Shown in pieces: positions 33,258-42,716 of a stretch of 64,000 bases of DNA. The notes under the pieces were generated by a model. That model worked only from the letters and a program-made list of their open reading frames with translations. It was not told where the DNA came from and did no database searches. This stretch comes from Bacillota bacterium. Its GTDB lineage: Bacteria; Bacillota; UBA5301. Where the stretch lies: positions 6,007 through 70,006 of the forward strand of contig JACDOJ010000004.1 of assembly GCA_017656135.1 (NCBI GenBank), in the 5' to 3' direction. The position numbers and the translations under genes were made by a program. Within the stretch, counting starts at the first letter, position 1. The number at the start of each line of letters is the position of its first letter.

Positions 33258-36200
33258 TTGTCCAAACCCTTACCCCGCAAATCAATAGGAATATCTTTGG
33301 CTTTCTTGCTGGTGTTGGCCTTCTTTTTTTTCGGCTTCACTCAGCTGCTTTTCACCTGGGAAGCGGTGCCAAAGACGCTCGAGAAAGCCATTCAAAAGGG
33401 TTTGGCCGGTTCAGGGGTGACTGTCCAAATTCAGGAGATCGCCCCGGGGCCAGGCACCAGCTTCAATCTCAAAGGCATCCAGGTGCAGTTTTCGGAGGCG
33501 GGTTGGGCCAGAATAGCCGAGCTCAAAGTCAACTACTCCTGGACCAAGCTGCTGGCTAATTTAGCTGACCCAGCTGAGGCTGTGACCGGCATTATCTTAG
33601 TCGAGCCGGAGGTAGATGTCGATTTGGGCAAACCCGCCGGCCTTTCTGTACCGGGCTCTCAAGGTAGCAAGCTGCCCTTTGGCCGCTTATCTATCCGGGT
33701 GGTTTCCGGGAAACTGACCCTTCGTTTGACGGCTGAATCCTCTCAGGTGCCTGAAGGTTTACGCCCTGTGGTGCAGGGATTGGGTTTGAATCTGACCGAT
33801 CGCCCGGTGGTGCTGACAGAGGTCGACGGTGACATCCTCTTCACCGGCTCAGGCCAGGTCCAGCTGGTCCTCAACACCCTACCTGTTGGCACTTACCTCT
33901 CTAATTTGACCTTTCAGGGCCAGTACCTTCCTGAAAAAGGCTGGGCCCTCAAACTCTGGACTGATAACGCCGAAATCACCGGTTTTGCTCGCTTAGCCAA
34001 GGAATACTATCCCGAACTGGACGTGCGTTCCGGGAGTTTTTCCGCTACCGCCTATCTCAGCGCCTCTCCTGGCTTCGGCCGGCTTAGGTGGTCTGCTGAT
34101 CTCTGGCTGCACCGGCTAGGTGGAAACCTAGACAGCTTGGAGGCGAGTTTCAGCGGGCTGCAAGGGGGCATGACGATAACTAAGGATTTAGTACGCATTC
34201 ACTCCCTGCGGGCCGCTGTGGACGGAGACTGGCTGGAGATTTCTGGTGCCGTCCAAACCACTGCACCCCATGCCTTGGACCTGCGGATCAAAGGAGAGCG
34301 AGTGGAGCTTGCCCGGCACAGGAAGCTCTGGGGGAAGTACCTACCTGCCCAGTACGGAGAGGGCATTGCTGGTCACCTGGATCTGAACCTGACGGTCGGC
34401 GGTACGCTGGCCAAACCAGTTCTGGCCGGGAGGGTGACTCTGGCTGATGCGGGGGTGGCTGTGACAGCTCCGGTTCCGGTGGAGATCACCGGCATCGGCG
34501 GTGAGATCAGCCTCGCCGGAGACAGGATCTGGACCGAGGGAATCCACCTTTCCTTGGCCGGAGAAAACCTGGAATTAAAGGGCCAGGTGCTCTTGGGAGC
34601 CAGCCCTTATTTTGACCTCAGCCTCACCACTCAGCAGGTGGGGTTGGACCGGCTGGTTTCCTGGTTATACCGGCACGGCTTAGGCTCTCTGGTCCCTCAA
34701 GTTTTAAGGGCTCACAGCACTCAGTCTCTTAAAGGAGAGCTGGCCTTCACCGGAACGGTTTTAGGACACCTGGAAAGTCCGCTCTTCGCCGGCAGCTTGC
34801 TTTTGGCCGACGGAGAATTGGCCGGCGTGCCGGTAGAACGTTTGGCAGCAGAATTTGACTATGTGCACAATACCCTCAACTTCCGCCGGCTGGATCTGAC
34901 CCTGCCCCAGGGGCAGCACCTCTCCGGCAGCTTACAGTTAGACCCTACTCACAAGAATTATTCCGGAATCATCAAGTATCAAAACCTAGATACTGGTTGG
35001 TGGGCCCAGTACCTTCCGGACTTACCTACTGAGCTCTCAAAGCTGAGCGGAAAAGCTTCCGGAGACCTGGTGATCGAGGGTAAGCTTGGCGCCTTCTCAG
35101 CGGCCAGTGCTGCCGGTTCCACCAGAATAGAGCAGGTGGAATACCTGGGTCAAAGGCTGAGGCAGGTCTCGACCGACTGGTCTTGGCACCAGGGTAGCTT
35201 GGAAGTGAGATATGCAGAGCTAGTTGGGGAGTGGGGCACTGTCTCAGGCTCAGGCAGCTTTCGCCCGGCCAGCGGTGAGATCGAAGCCCAGGTCTTTGGG
35301 CATAACTTGGCCTTGCCAAAGGTGGTGGCTGCCCTCGAGGCCAGTGGGATAAAGGTGGAGCGGATGGAGGGCCTGGGAGGTACCGCCACCTTCCGGGCTA
35401 AGCTCTCCGGAACATTGGCTGCACCCCAGGCCAGTGGGACAGTGGTTGTAGCGGGTCCGGCCTGGCGCGGGGAGAGTTTCGACCTGTTGACCGGAAACCT
35501 GCGGTATATCGACCGGAACCTGGTAGTGGAGAAGGTGGAGTTGACCACCGGGCTGGCCAGGGTTGCCCTTTCAGGCCAAATCAACCAGGTTTTGACCAAG
35601 CCCAAGCTGTTTCTCAAGATCAACATCGAGGATGTGGAGTCCGCCAAGTTGGCAAGCCTCTTCGGTTACGACTTGCCGGTTTCCGGTTTGCTGGACAGCC
35701 GCTTGGAGCTCACCGGCAGCTTAGAGAAGATCAGGGTCAAGGGGCCGGTTTCGGTGGCCAAAGGAACCATCAAAGACCTGCCTTTAGAGAGTGCCCAAGC
35801 CGAGTTCTTCTACCAGGACGGTCTGGTGCAGTTCACGGATTTGTTTGCAGTGGTGGCCGGTTCAGAGGTGAAAGCCAACGGCAGGATCGATCCCGAAGGG
35901 GTCAAGGTCTCCTTCCAAGTGGCTGGGGCAGACCTGGCTCTCTTGGAGCAGTTGGGGGTAGACTTCCCCCAAGTCCAGGGATCAGTGGGTTTCTCAGGCG
36001 TTTTGAGTGGTGAGCCGGCTAACTTAATTCTGGAAGGTCGGGTTGAGGCTAAAGGCCTCGCCTATCAGGGATACCATTTGGCCAGGGCTGAAGGTTTCGT
36101 CCAGTATTACCTGGCCCAGGACAAGGTGGTACTGGATGCCTTGCGGTTGTACCCAGCCAAAAGCAGTATCCAGGTCACCGGAGAGGTGTATCTGGCCTCT

Positions 36201-38057
36201 AGGCCTAGGTACCGGTTGGATGCGGTCATCTTCCAGGTTAAGGTCGAGGATGGGAAGAAAGTCGCCCCGGACCTCCCCTGGCCGGAGGTCTCAGGGTCAG
36301 TCAGCGGAGTGCTTCACCTGGAGGGTCAGGGCAGCGATGTCTCTGCTCGGGCCGTCTTAGAGGTGGCTGACCTTAAGTACCGTGACTTCCGGTATGACGG
36401 TGCCTTGGACCTAGGCTATGCCGATGGAGTCTTCCAGCTCTACCAAGGCCGTCTGTGGCACGGAGAAAGCCTCATAGTGGCCGAGGGAACCTATCAAATC
36501 GGTGGCGACCTTGACATCGATGCGCAGGGCCATGAGTTTGATCTGGCACCACTGGTTGCCGCCTTCCGACCGGATCTTTTGGTAGAAGCCCAAACGGAAG
36601 TGGAACTCAAGTTAACCGGAAGTCCTCAAGCTCCTCGGGGTACCGTGAAGTTCGCTCTAAAGGACGGGGTGGCTGAAGGGGTGAACATTGACTCCTGTGA
36701 GGGGTTGATCCAATTTGGCCCCTCTGGGATCGAACTGAAGAGGGTAAGCATTGTTACCGGGGCCAATCAGACCCTCATTCACGGGACTTTGCCCTACAGC
36801 TACCAGGAAGAAGGCCTGGGCCTCCAGGTTCAAATGGAGGACAAGAGCCTGGCCTTGCTCTCCTTGATTACCGACGCCCCGGTGGAAGTTGACGGTCGGG
36901 GACGGATTGACCTGACTATTTCCGGCAGCCTCCAGAAACCGGTTTTGAACGGTGTGGTTGACCTAGACCAGCTGCACCTGGCTCTTCCCAGCGTACTACC
37001 GGGCAGTTTTGATGGGGTCACCGCCAAGATTGATTTTTCTGGCCGTCGGGGGACTATAAAACAAGCCACCGGTTTCTACAACGGCGGTAGGTTTGAGCTA
37101 AATGGCGGCATGGATTTCACCAATCCCGGCGCTGCTCTTCTGGACTTGGCCTTCAAAGGGACCGGAATCGGCTTGGACTATACCGTCTTAACCTCCAAAG
37201 CCGATGTGGATCTGAAAATCACCGGTCCTATGAAGAAGCCGCTCATCAAAGGGGCTGCCGTCCTGACCGATGCCGTCTTCCGATTTGCCCAGGGCGACAG
37301 GGGGAGCAAAAACTATACCTCTGAAGCCCGGTTGGATATCAAGGTGACCAACAGCAATGATGTCCGCATCCTGGTTTCGGATATCGTCGACGTCAGGGCC
37401 TTCGGGGAGATCACCCTGGGCGGTACCATCAAAGACCTCACCCTGACCGGTCACGCTGAGGCCACTCGGGGGAGCATCACCTATGCGGATACTGAATTCA
37501 GGGTTACCTCCGGGACGGCTGACTTTGCCTCTTTCCGAGGGGTGATTCCGGTCTTGGCGGTTCAGGCTGAGACCAGGGTCCCGGATGCCCTGATTCAACT
37601 GCGGATCACCGGGCCCGCCGATGACTTGAAACTGGCACTGGAGTCCAATCCGCCTATGAGCGAGCAAGAGATCGTCACCAGGCTCAGCTTGCCGGGGCGT
37701 CTCAGCCAGCTCATTGAAGGGGCCAAAGAAGGCATGTGGGAGGAAGAGCTGATTAGGCTCTTCGATGAAGAGCTGAGTTCACAGGTGATGGGTAGCATCG
37801 AATCGGTGGTCCGGGAGGCACTCCAGTTGGATGAGTTCCGCATCAAGCAGGCCTTCAGTGAAGAGAACATTCAGCTGCAGTTCGGTAAGTACCTAGTGGA
37901 TAACCTCTATGTCACCTACACCCGGACTCTGGATGAGGAGAACCCCTTGGAGTACCTGGGCTTTGAATATCGGTTCAAACCCAACATCATCCTGAACAAC
38001 TCCATCAGCAGTGATGGAGAGATCCGGTTCGGACTGGAAACTAAGTTGAGGTTCTAA
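33258..38057 (+). CDS. tamB: TamB-like translocation and assembly module protein (AsmA-like, DUF490 C-terminus)
   Basis: 1599 aa with an N-terminal anchor (ISLAFLLVLAFFFFGF) and a long repetitive beta-rich body. The C-terminus has the typical DUF490 ending (QFGKYLVDNLYVTYTR..........LGFEYRF.PN.......SSDGE..FGLE.K.RF). The TTG start at 33258 follows GGAGGA. Confidence 0.85.
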   Translation: MSKPLPRKSIGISLAFLLVLAFFFFGFTQLLFTWEAVPKTLEKAIQKGLAGSGVTVQIQEIAPGPGTSFNLKGIQVQFSEAGWARIAELKVNYSWTKLLANLADPAEAVTGIILVEPEVDVDLGKPAGLSVPGSQGSKLPFGRLSIRVVSGKLTLRLTAESSQVPEGLRPVVQGLGLNLTDRPVVLTEVDGDILFTGSGQVQLVLNTLPVGTYLSNLTFQGQYLPEKGWALKLWTDNAEITGFARLAKEYYPELDVRSGSFSATAYLSASPGFGRLRWSADLWLHRLGGNLDSLEASFSGLQGGMTITKDLVRIHSLRAAVDGDWLEISGAVQTTAPHALDLRIKGERVELARHRKLWGKYLPAQYGEGIAGHLDLNLTVGGTLAKPVLAGRVTLADAGVAVTAPVPVEITGIGGEISLAGDRIWTEGIHLSLAGENLELKGQVLLGASPYFDLSLTTQQVGLDRLVSWLYRHGLGSLVPQVLRAHSTQSLKGELAFTGTVLGHLESPLFAGSLLLADGELAGVPVERLAAEFDYVHNTLNFRRLDLTLPQGQHLSGSLQLDPTHKNYSGIIKYQNLDTGWWAQYLPDLPTELSKLSGKASGDLVIEGKLGAFSAASAAGSTRIEQVEYLGQRLRQVSTDWSWHQGSLEVRYAELVGEWGTVSGSGSFRPASGEIEAQVFGHNLALPKVVAALEASGIKVERMEGLGGTATFRAKLSGTLAAPQASGTVVVAGPAWRGESFDLLTGNLRYIDRNLVVEKVELTTGLARVALSGQINQVLTKPKLFLKINIEDVESAKLASLFGYDLPVSGLLDSRLELTGSLEKIRVKGPVSVAKGTIKDLPLESAQAEFFYQDGLVQFTDLFAVVAGSEVKANGRIDPEGVKVSFQVAGADLALLEQLGVDFPQVQGSVGFSGVLSGEPANLILEGRVEAKGLAYQGYHLARAEGFVQYYLAQDKVVLDALRLYPAKSSIQVTGEVYLASRPRYRLDAVIFQVKVEDGKKVAPDLPWPEVSGSVSGVLHLEGQGSDVSARAVLEVADLKYRDFRYDGALDLGYADGVFQLYQGRLWHGESLIVAEGTYQIGGDLDIDAQGHEFDLAPLVAAFRPDLLVEAQTEVELKLTGSPQAPRGTVKFALKDGVAEGVNIDSCEGLIQFGPSGIELKRVSIVTGANQTLIHGTLPYSYQEEGLGLQVQMEDKSLALLSLITDAPVEVDGRGRIDLTISGSLQKPVLNGVVDLDQLHLALPSVLPGSFDGVTAKIDFSGRRGTIKQATGFYNGGRFELNGGMDFTNPGAALLDLAFKGTGIGLDYTVLTSKADVDLKITGPMKKPLIKGAAVLTDAVFRFAQGDRGSKNYTSEARLDIKVTNSNDVRILVSDIVDVRAFGEITLGGTIKDLTLTGHAEATRGSITYADTEFRVTSGTADFASFRGVIPVLAVQAETRVPDALIQLRITGPADDLKLALESNPPMSEQEIVTRLSLPGRLSQLIEGAKEGMWEEELIRLFDEELSSQVMGSIESVVREALQLDEFRIKQAFSEENIQLQFGKYLVDNLYVTYTRTLDEENPLEYLGFEYRFKPNIILNNSISSDGEIRFGLETKLRF

Positions 38058-38170
38058 CAATCTCTGCCAAGCTGTGGTCTTTCTGCCGCCGGCAGCAGTA
38101 TTTACAGAGCCCAGCGGGAAGGAATAACCTACGGGGCGGTAGAACCTCCTTTTGGTAGAAGGGCGGCAAA

Positions 38171-38812
38171 ATGATGTTCAAAGAATACTTGGATGTTCTG
38201 AGCAAACAGAAGCTTCTCTCCCCAGATGAGGAGGCCCGCCTCTGGTCTCAATACAAAGAGGAGGGAAAGCTGGAAGCCCGTGCCACCTTGATCAAGGCCT
38301 ATCAACCCTTGGTCATCAAGCTGTTGGCCGGGTTTACAGTTCCTGATGATCTGGGTATGGACCTGCTGCAAGAGGGTACCGTTGGTCTAATTGAGGCGGT
38401 GGAAAAATATGAGCCCCGACAAGGGGTTCCCTTTCCGGTCTATGCCCGGTACCGCATCCGGGGTCGGATCGTGAACCTGCTCTCTCAGTATTCTGCCCGG
38501 AAGCGGTCCGAGATCCTCGCTGGTGATGAGTACCTAATTGGGGTGGAGGAAGCGGCCTCCGCCAGGTACCGGCACCCGGAAGGGGTTGTGGAAGAGCAGG
38601 AACTGCAGGGCCAGGTAAGACAGGCCTTTTCCCGTCTCCCAGAGAAGGAACGGCGGGCCGTGGCGGCCACCTTTGTAGAGTGCCTCAGCTCCCAGAGTGC
38701 TGCCAAGGAACTGGAGGTCAGCCCTTCCTACTTTTACAAGCTGCAGAAAAAGGCCCTCCGCCGGATGCGGGGGATGATGGCCAAGTTCATCGCCGATTCC
38801 CGGGGAAACTAG
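38171..38812 (+). CDS. Sigma-70 family sigma factor, group-3-like (FliA/SigF-type region 2, compact)
   Basis: Region 2 (DLLQEGTVGLIEAVEKYEP.QGVPF..YARYRIRGRIVNLL) and region 4 HTH (LPEKERRAVAATFVE.LS.QSAAKELEVSPSYFYKLQKKALRRMR) are present. At 213 aa it has a short region 3. Confidence 0.8.
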   Translation: MMFKEYLDVLSKQKLLSPDEEARLWSQYKEEGKLEARATLIKAYQPLVIKLLAGFTVPDDLGMDLLQEGTVGLIEAVEKYEPRQGVPFPVYARYRIRGRIVNLLSQYSARKRSEILAGDEYLIGVEEAASARYRHPEGVVEEQELQGQVRQAFSRLPEKERRAVAATFVECLSSQSAAKELEVSPSYFYKLQKKALRRMRGMMAKFIADSRGN

Positions 38813-38836
38813 TGCTCTTGCCTTGGAGGTGATGGG

Positions 38837-39574
38837 ATGGCAAGACTTTCCGAAAAGGTAATTGAGCATTTACGTTTCGCAAGAAATTGGTTGGAGCGAG
38901 CTGAGGAAGAGTATTCTAAGGAACAGATCTTGGAAGGAGAACTAACTCTTTCTCTGGCTCAGGCGGAAGTCCGCCATGCCTGGGAGACTAGCAGGGGGTC
39001 GGAGCTTTCCACCACCTTGCGCGCCGCCCAGCTCTGGCGCCGGCGAATTATGCTGGTAGCAGTGGTTTCCCTGGTGGCCTGGGGTGGGTTTCACTACTAC
39101 CATAGGCAGGGCCCAGGCTATCCCGGCACCGAGTACCAGTTGGGACAGCCGGTTATGCCCGGTCGGTGGGAGAAGCAGATTGAATATAAACTGGTGATCC
39201 AGCCGCCGGTGGAAATCGAGCAGGTCTCTTCCAAGCAGACTGCCGAGCCTGAGAAGGTTCAAATCGAACCTGAAACTCAGAACAGTGTTTCTCCGGAGGC
39301 GGCAGGTGAAAGAGAAGTGCCTCAGGTTCAGGAACAACCCGCTCCTCTTCCCGTAAAAGAGGAGGCTCTTAAAGGCCAGGAGCCAGCTGTTAAAGAGGCG
39401 GAAACCCTAGAACCTGTGGAGCCGGAGCCTGAGAGCGTAAAGCCGGCCGAGCCGGAAAAACCGGAGCAGACAGCGGCTCAAGGCACAGATGCACCCGAGG
39501 AGCAGGTAGAGCCCCCACAAATCGACCTAGGGGAGCTGTTTAAAGTAGCCAATAACGCCTTGAACAGTGAGTAA
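38837..39574 (+). CDS. Single-pass membrane protein with a Pro/Glu-rich C-terminal region (possible anti-sigma partner; unknown function)
   Basis: About 75 aa of helical N-terminal segment, one TM (IMLVAVVSLVAWGGFHYY), then a low-complexity EP-rich tail (EPVEPEPESVKPAEPEKPEQ). It lies 24 nt downstream of the sigma gene. Confidence 0.5.
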   Translation: MARLSEKVIEHLRFARNWLERAEEEYSKEQILEGELTLSLAQAEVRHAWETSRGSELSTTLRAAQLWRRRIMLVAVVSLVAWGGFHYYHRQGPGYPGTEYQLGQPVMPGRWEKQIEYKLVIQPPVEIEQVSSKQTAEPEKVQIEPETQNSVSPEAAGEREVPQVQEQPAPLPVKEEALKGQEPAVKEAETLEPVEPEPESVKPAEPEKPEQTAAQGTDAPEEQVEPPQIDLGELFKVANNALNSE

Positions 39575-39610
39575 ATAGAGTTCGAAACCAGATAGAGGAG
39601 GCCTAGTCAG

Positions 39611-41314
39611 GTGTCAATAACTGCAGTTACCAAAGGAAGACCTCTAGTTGCAGTACTGATCACAGTTTTAATTAGCGTTTTGATAAGCCCGGCAGCATTC
39701 GCTGGAGACAGCATCAATCCTCCGGTCCGGAAGATCGAGATCGCCGGAAATGAAAAGGTTGCCACGGATGAAATTTTACAGGCAATCACCAACACCAAAC
39801 TGGGAATGCCGGTCGATGAGGACCTGGTCAAAAAAGACCTCCAGGCCATCGCCGACCTGGGCTATTTCTCCGATGTCCGGGCCAACTTCCGCCAGTACCA
39901 GGACGGCGTCAAGATCATCTTTGAAGTGGTGGAGAATCCGGTGGTCAAGGGTATCGAGATCAAGGGTAATTCGGCCCTGCCTGCCGATAAGCTCCGGGAG
40001 CTCATCCCGGTGAAAGACGGTGAGATCCTAAACGTTAATACCCTGAACAAGGGCCTGCAGTCCATGTTGGAAGATGCCTTCAAAGAGTACGGTATTCCGG
40101 CCAGGATCACCGATGTCCAGGTGAAAAACTCCGGCATTATTGAGGTGCAGCTGGCCGAAACCCGAGTGAACCAGATCATCATCGAAGGCAATGAGAAGAC
40201 CAGGGACTACGTTATTCGCCGGGAGATCCGCCTCAAGCCCGGAGACGTCTTGAACATGGTTGAACTCCACAAAGACCTACGTAATGTGTTGAACCTGGGC
40301 TTTTTCGATGATGTCTCCCGGGAGTTCAGGGAGACCAGCGACCCGGACGTAGTGGATCTGGTCATTAAAGTCAAGGAGCGCCGGACCGGTACAGCCAGCC
40401 TTGGTGCGGCCATCAGTTCCACTGACGGGCTCTTAGGGTATATTGAAGTGGCCGAGGATAACCTCTTCGGTAAAGGCCAGCGGGCCAACATCAAACTGGA
40501 ATTCGGTAAGGACAAGACCCTGTACCGGTTAGGTTTCTTTGAGCCTTATATCAACGAAAAGACTTCCGGTGGTTTCAATATCTACAACGAGCGCAGCACT
40601 GAGTATGATGCGGAGAACAGATCCTTTGTCAAATCCGAATCCGGTCTCGATGCTACTTTAGGCCGGGAGTTAGGTGAAGATCTAAAAGGCTATCTGAAAT
40701 TAAGGGTCTATGATACCGCTGAGGATTACCCGGAAACTGAGAGGATAGACGAGCAAGGTAAGACTCGTTCCTTGACCTTCAGTGTCATCAAGGATACCCG
40801 GGACTTCTTCCTGCGTCCCTCTAAAGGTTCCCGCCAGGAATTATCGGTGGAGGTTGCCCCTAGTTGGCTAGGGAGTGAGTACCAGTTTAACCGGTACATC
40901 GCCGACTACAGCAAGTATTTCACCGTCAACTCCAAAGGGCACGTTCTAGCCCTGCACGGTAGAGTCGGCCACATCCAGCCCACCGGCGGTGAGGGCATCA
41001 GTGATACCGAGCTCTTCCGGGTCGGCGGTCCCGATACCGTCAGGGGATACGAGTACTCCGAGGCCTTTACCGGCCAGAGCATACTGGTCTTGAATGCGGA
41101 GTACCGCTTTAAAATCGCCGACAAACTGGACGGTGTCATCTTCTATGATACCGGTAACGCCTGGAAAGCCGATGAAAAGATCAGCCTCAGCGACCTGCAC
41201 ACCGGCATCGGCGTCGGCGTTCGCATCGATACTCCGGTAGGAATCATGCGGATCGACTATGGGGTAGGTGAAGGCAGCGGTAAGACCTACTTCAGCTTAG
41301 GTCAGACCTTCTAA
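39611..41314 (+). CDS. bamA: Omp85-family outer-membrane protein assembly factor (BamA/TamA-like, roughly 3 POTRA domains)
   Basis: Signal peptide, then POTRA repeats (I.KIEI.GNEKV....I, VKGIEIKGN, VNQIIIEGNEKT.D.VIRRE). The barrel has typical motifs (RGY, ...N.EYRF..........FYD.GNAW, R.DYG) and ends in the aromatic terminus LGQTF. Confidence 0.9.
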   Translation: MSITAVTKGRPLVAVLITVLISVLISPAAFAGDSINPPVRKIEIAGNEKVATDEILQAITNTKLGMPVDEDLVKKDLQAIADLGYFSDVRANFRQYQDGVKIIFEVVENPVVKGIEIKGNSALPADKLRELIPVKDGEILNVNTLNKGLQSMLEDAFKEYGIPARITDVQVKNSGIIEVQLAETRVNQIIIEGNEKTRDYVIRREIRLKPGDVLNMVELHKDLRNVLNLGFFDDVSREFRETSDPDVVDLVIKVKERRTGTASLGAAISSTDGLLGYIEVAEDNLFGKGQRANIKLEFGKDKTLYRLGFFEPYINEKTSGGFNIYNERSTEYDAENRSFVKSESGLDATLGRELGEDLKGYLKLRVYDTAEDYPETERIDEQGKTRSLTFSVIKDTRDFFLRPSKGSRQELSVEVAPSWLGSEYQFNRYIADYSKYFTVNSKGHVLALHGRVGHIQPTGGEGISDTELFRVGGPDTVRGYEYSEAFTGQSILVLNAEYRFKIADKLDGVIFYDTGNAWKADEKISLSDLHTGIGVGVRIDTPVGIMRIDYGVGEGSGKTYFSLGQTF

Positions 41315-41340
41315 CCAGTGTACAGGAGTGGAATCAGAGG

Positions 41341-42636
41341 ATGAGGAAACACACGGGTCCATGGTGGCTTGCGCTCGGCTTGATAGTTTTACTGCTGGGC
41401 TTGCCTGGGCCCGTTTTCGCTTCTGGGGAGAGTAGTTCCTCCGAAACAATTGAGAAAATTGAAGTCAACGTAGTGATTGTCGGTAATGTACACCCAATTC
41501 TGAAGCAGCGGGTGGAACGGGCTGTCCGGGCAGTGGCCGAAAAGGCCCTCTTAGGCCGAAGTGTCCAGGAAGTGCACCGGTTTCTCAAGGAGTTCATCGA
41601 CTCCCTCTCCCAAGTCTACGTCGGTACCATCACCGGCTTTGAATTGGAGCGACTGGATCTTTTGCCTGGCCGGGTCAGCCTGGTGGAAGCGAGATTCCGG
41701 GTTTCGGAAAAGGTGGTGGAGAGGGTCACAACCTCCTGGGAATTGTCTGAGAAGGTGCCGGACTGGATAGTAGAGAGAATCACCCAGGGCCTTGAGAAGA
41801 GCTTGCGGAGGATGAGCAGGGTCTGGGAGGGTCTGCCTTTGGAGGCCTACTCTTGGGCAGGGAAGGCCATCTCCCAGTCAGCTGAGGAAATGCTTCCGGT
41901 GATCGCCGGGTTTCGCCTCCGGCTTTCTCCTGAAGTGGGCCCTACCACCCATCTCCGGGTTCGAGTGGAACCCCTGGAACCTAGAGTTTACCGGATCGAG
42001 CTGGAATCCAGCTCCTCCACCTTACCTCCGGTGATCTTGCGCCAGTTGACCCAGACACTGCGCCGGGAGGTGAATTTCCTCTCCGGCCTGCCGGTGGATT
42101 ATGTCCGCCACAACCAGGCTGAGCTTGAGAATTACCTGCGCACTCAGTTAAACCGTACTGAAGCCTTGTACAAGCTCCGGGCCGTCTCCTCTGTTCACCT
42201 GGATGTGGGTGCGGTGACCAAAGCCCAAGTGGCGGTGGAATCCAAAAACTACAAGCTCCTCTGGGAAGGTAGAATCAATTTCGGGGTCGAGGCCGATCCC
42301 ACTCTGCGCTTGGAGCTCGGCCGCTACCTCTCTCCTGTCACCCGGCTGATTGTCGGCGCGGAGATTCCGGTCAGCACTTTGAGCTTCCTTCCGGCGGTGG
42401 GAGCCGGGGTAGAGTGGCTGGGGGGAGACTTCGTCTTCTTATATCCCTTGTCCACCGGGAAACCTAAACTCCGGTACGAACACCAAATCGATTCCATCAC
42501 CCGCTTAAGACTGGAACGGGATTGGTCCGAGGACTACTTTGAGCTGGCCTATGGAATCAAAAATACCCCCTATTTGACTACCGAGATTGTCGGCAACAAT
42601 TCGGGGATCTGGTTCAGATTGGTTGGCAGTCTGTAA
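41341..42636 (+). CDS. Secreted protein of unknown function; C-terminal ~150 aa show an alternating beta-strand pattern (possible small OM barrel)
   Basis: It has a signal peptide (WWLALGLIVLLLGLPGPVFA) and an alpha/beta N-terminal part. The C-terminal strands have alternating hydrophobicity (LRLELGRYL, RLIVGAEIPV, AVGAGVEWL, DFVFLYPL, RLRLERDW, YFELAYGIK, GIWFRLVGSL). I do not recognise a family. Confidence 0.6.
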   Translation: MRKHTGPWWLALGLIVLLLGLPGPVFASGESSSSETIEKIEVNVVIVGNVHPILKQRVERAVRAVAEKALLGRSVQEVHRFLKEFIDSLSQVYVGTITGFELERLDLLPGRVSLVEARFRVSEKVVERVTTSWELSEKVPDWIVERITQGLEKSLRRMSRVWEGLPLEAYSWAGKAISQSAEEMLPVIAGFRLRLSPEVGPTTHLRVRVEPLEPRVYRIELESSSSTLPPVILRQLTQTLRREVNFLSGLPVDYVRHNQAELENYLRTQLNRTEALYKLRAVSSVHLDVGAVTKAQVAVESKNYKLLWEGRINFGVEADPTLRLELGRYLSPVTRLIVGAEIPVSTLSFLPAVGAGVEWLGGDFVFLYPLSTGKPKLRYEHQIDSITRLRLERDWSEDYFELAYGIKNTPYLTTEIVGNNSGIWFRLVGSL

Positions 42637-42644
42637 AGTCCCTT

Positions 42645-42673
42645 TTGCTTCAGGCCGCTAACCTTGATATAAT
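42645..42673 (+). promoter_or_regulatory. Candidate sigma-A promoter for skp (TTGCTT, 17 nt spacer, TATAAT)
   Basis: TTGCTT at 42645-42650 and a perfect TATAAT at 42668-42673, about 45 nt upstream of the skp ATG at 42717. Confidence 0.5.
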
Positions 42674-42716
42674 GGGATTTGCGTACATTTGCCAAAATAC
42701 GTTAAGGGGAGATTCG

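Noticed and set aside
33080-33340. 86-aa minus-strand ORF
   Set aside because: It spans the intrinsic terminator at 33119-33146 and the tamB RBS and start. This is more parsimoniously intergenic sequence plus the tamB 5' end.
38058-38170. Palindrome CTGCCGCCGGCAG after tamB as a terminator
   Set aside because: The arms are contiguous, so there is effectively no loop, and no T-tract follows. It is not a credible intrinsic terminator.
42645-42716. Longer skp ORF starting at 42645
   Set aside because: The 42645 TTG is the -35 hexamer of a TTGCTT, 17 nt, TATAAT promoter. The ATG at 42717 has an AGGGGAG RBS and yields a normal signal peptide.
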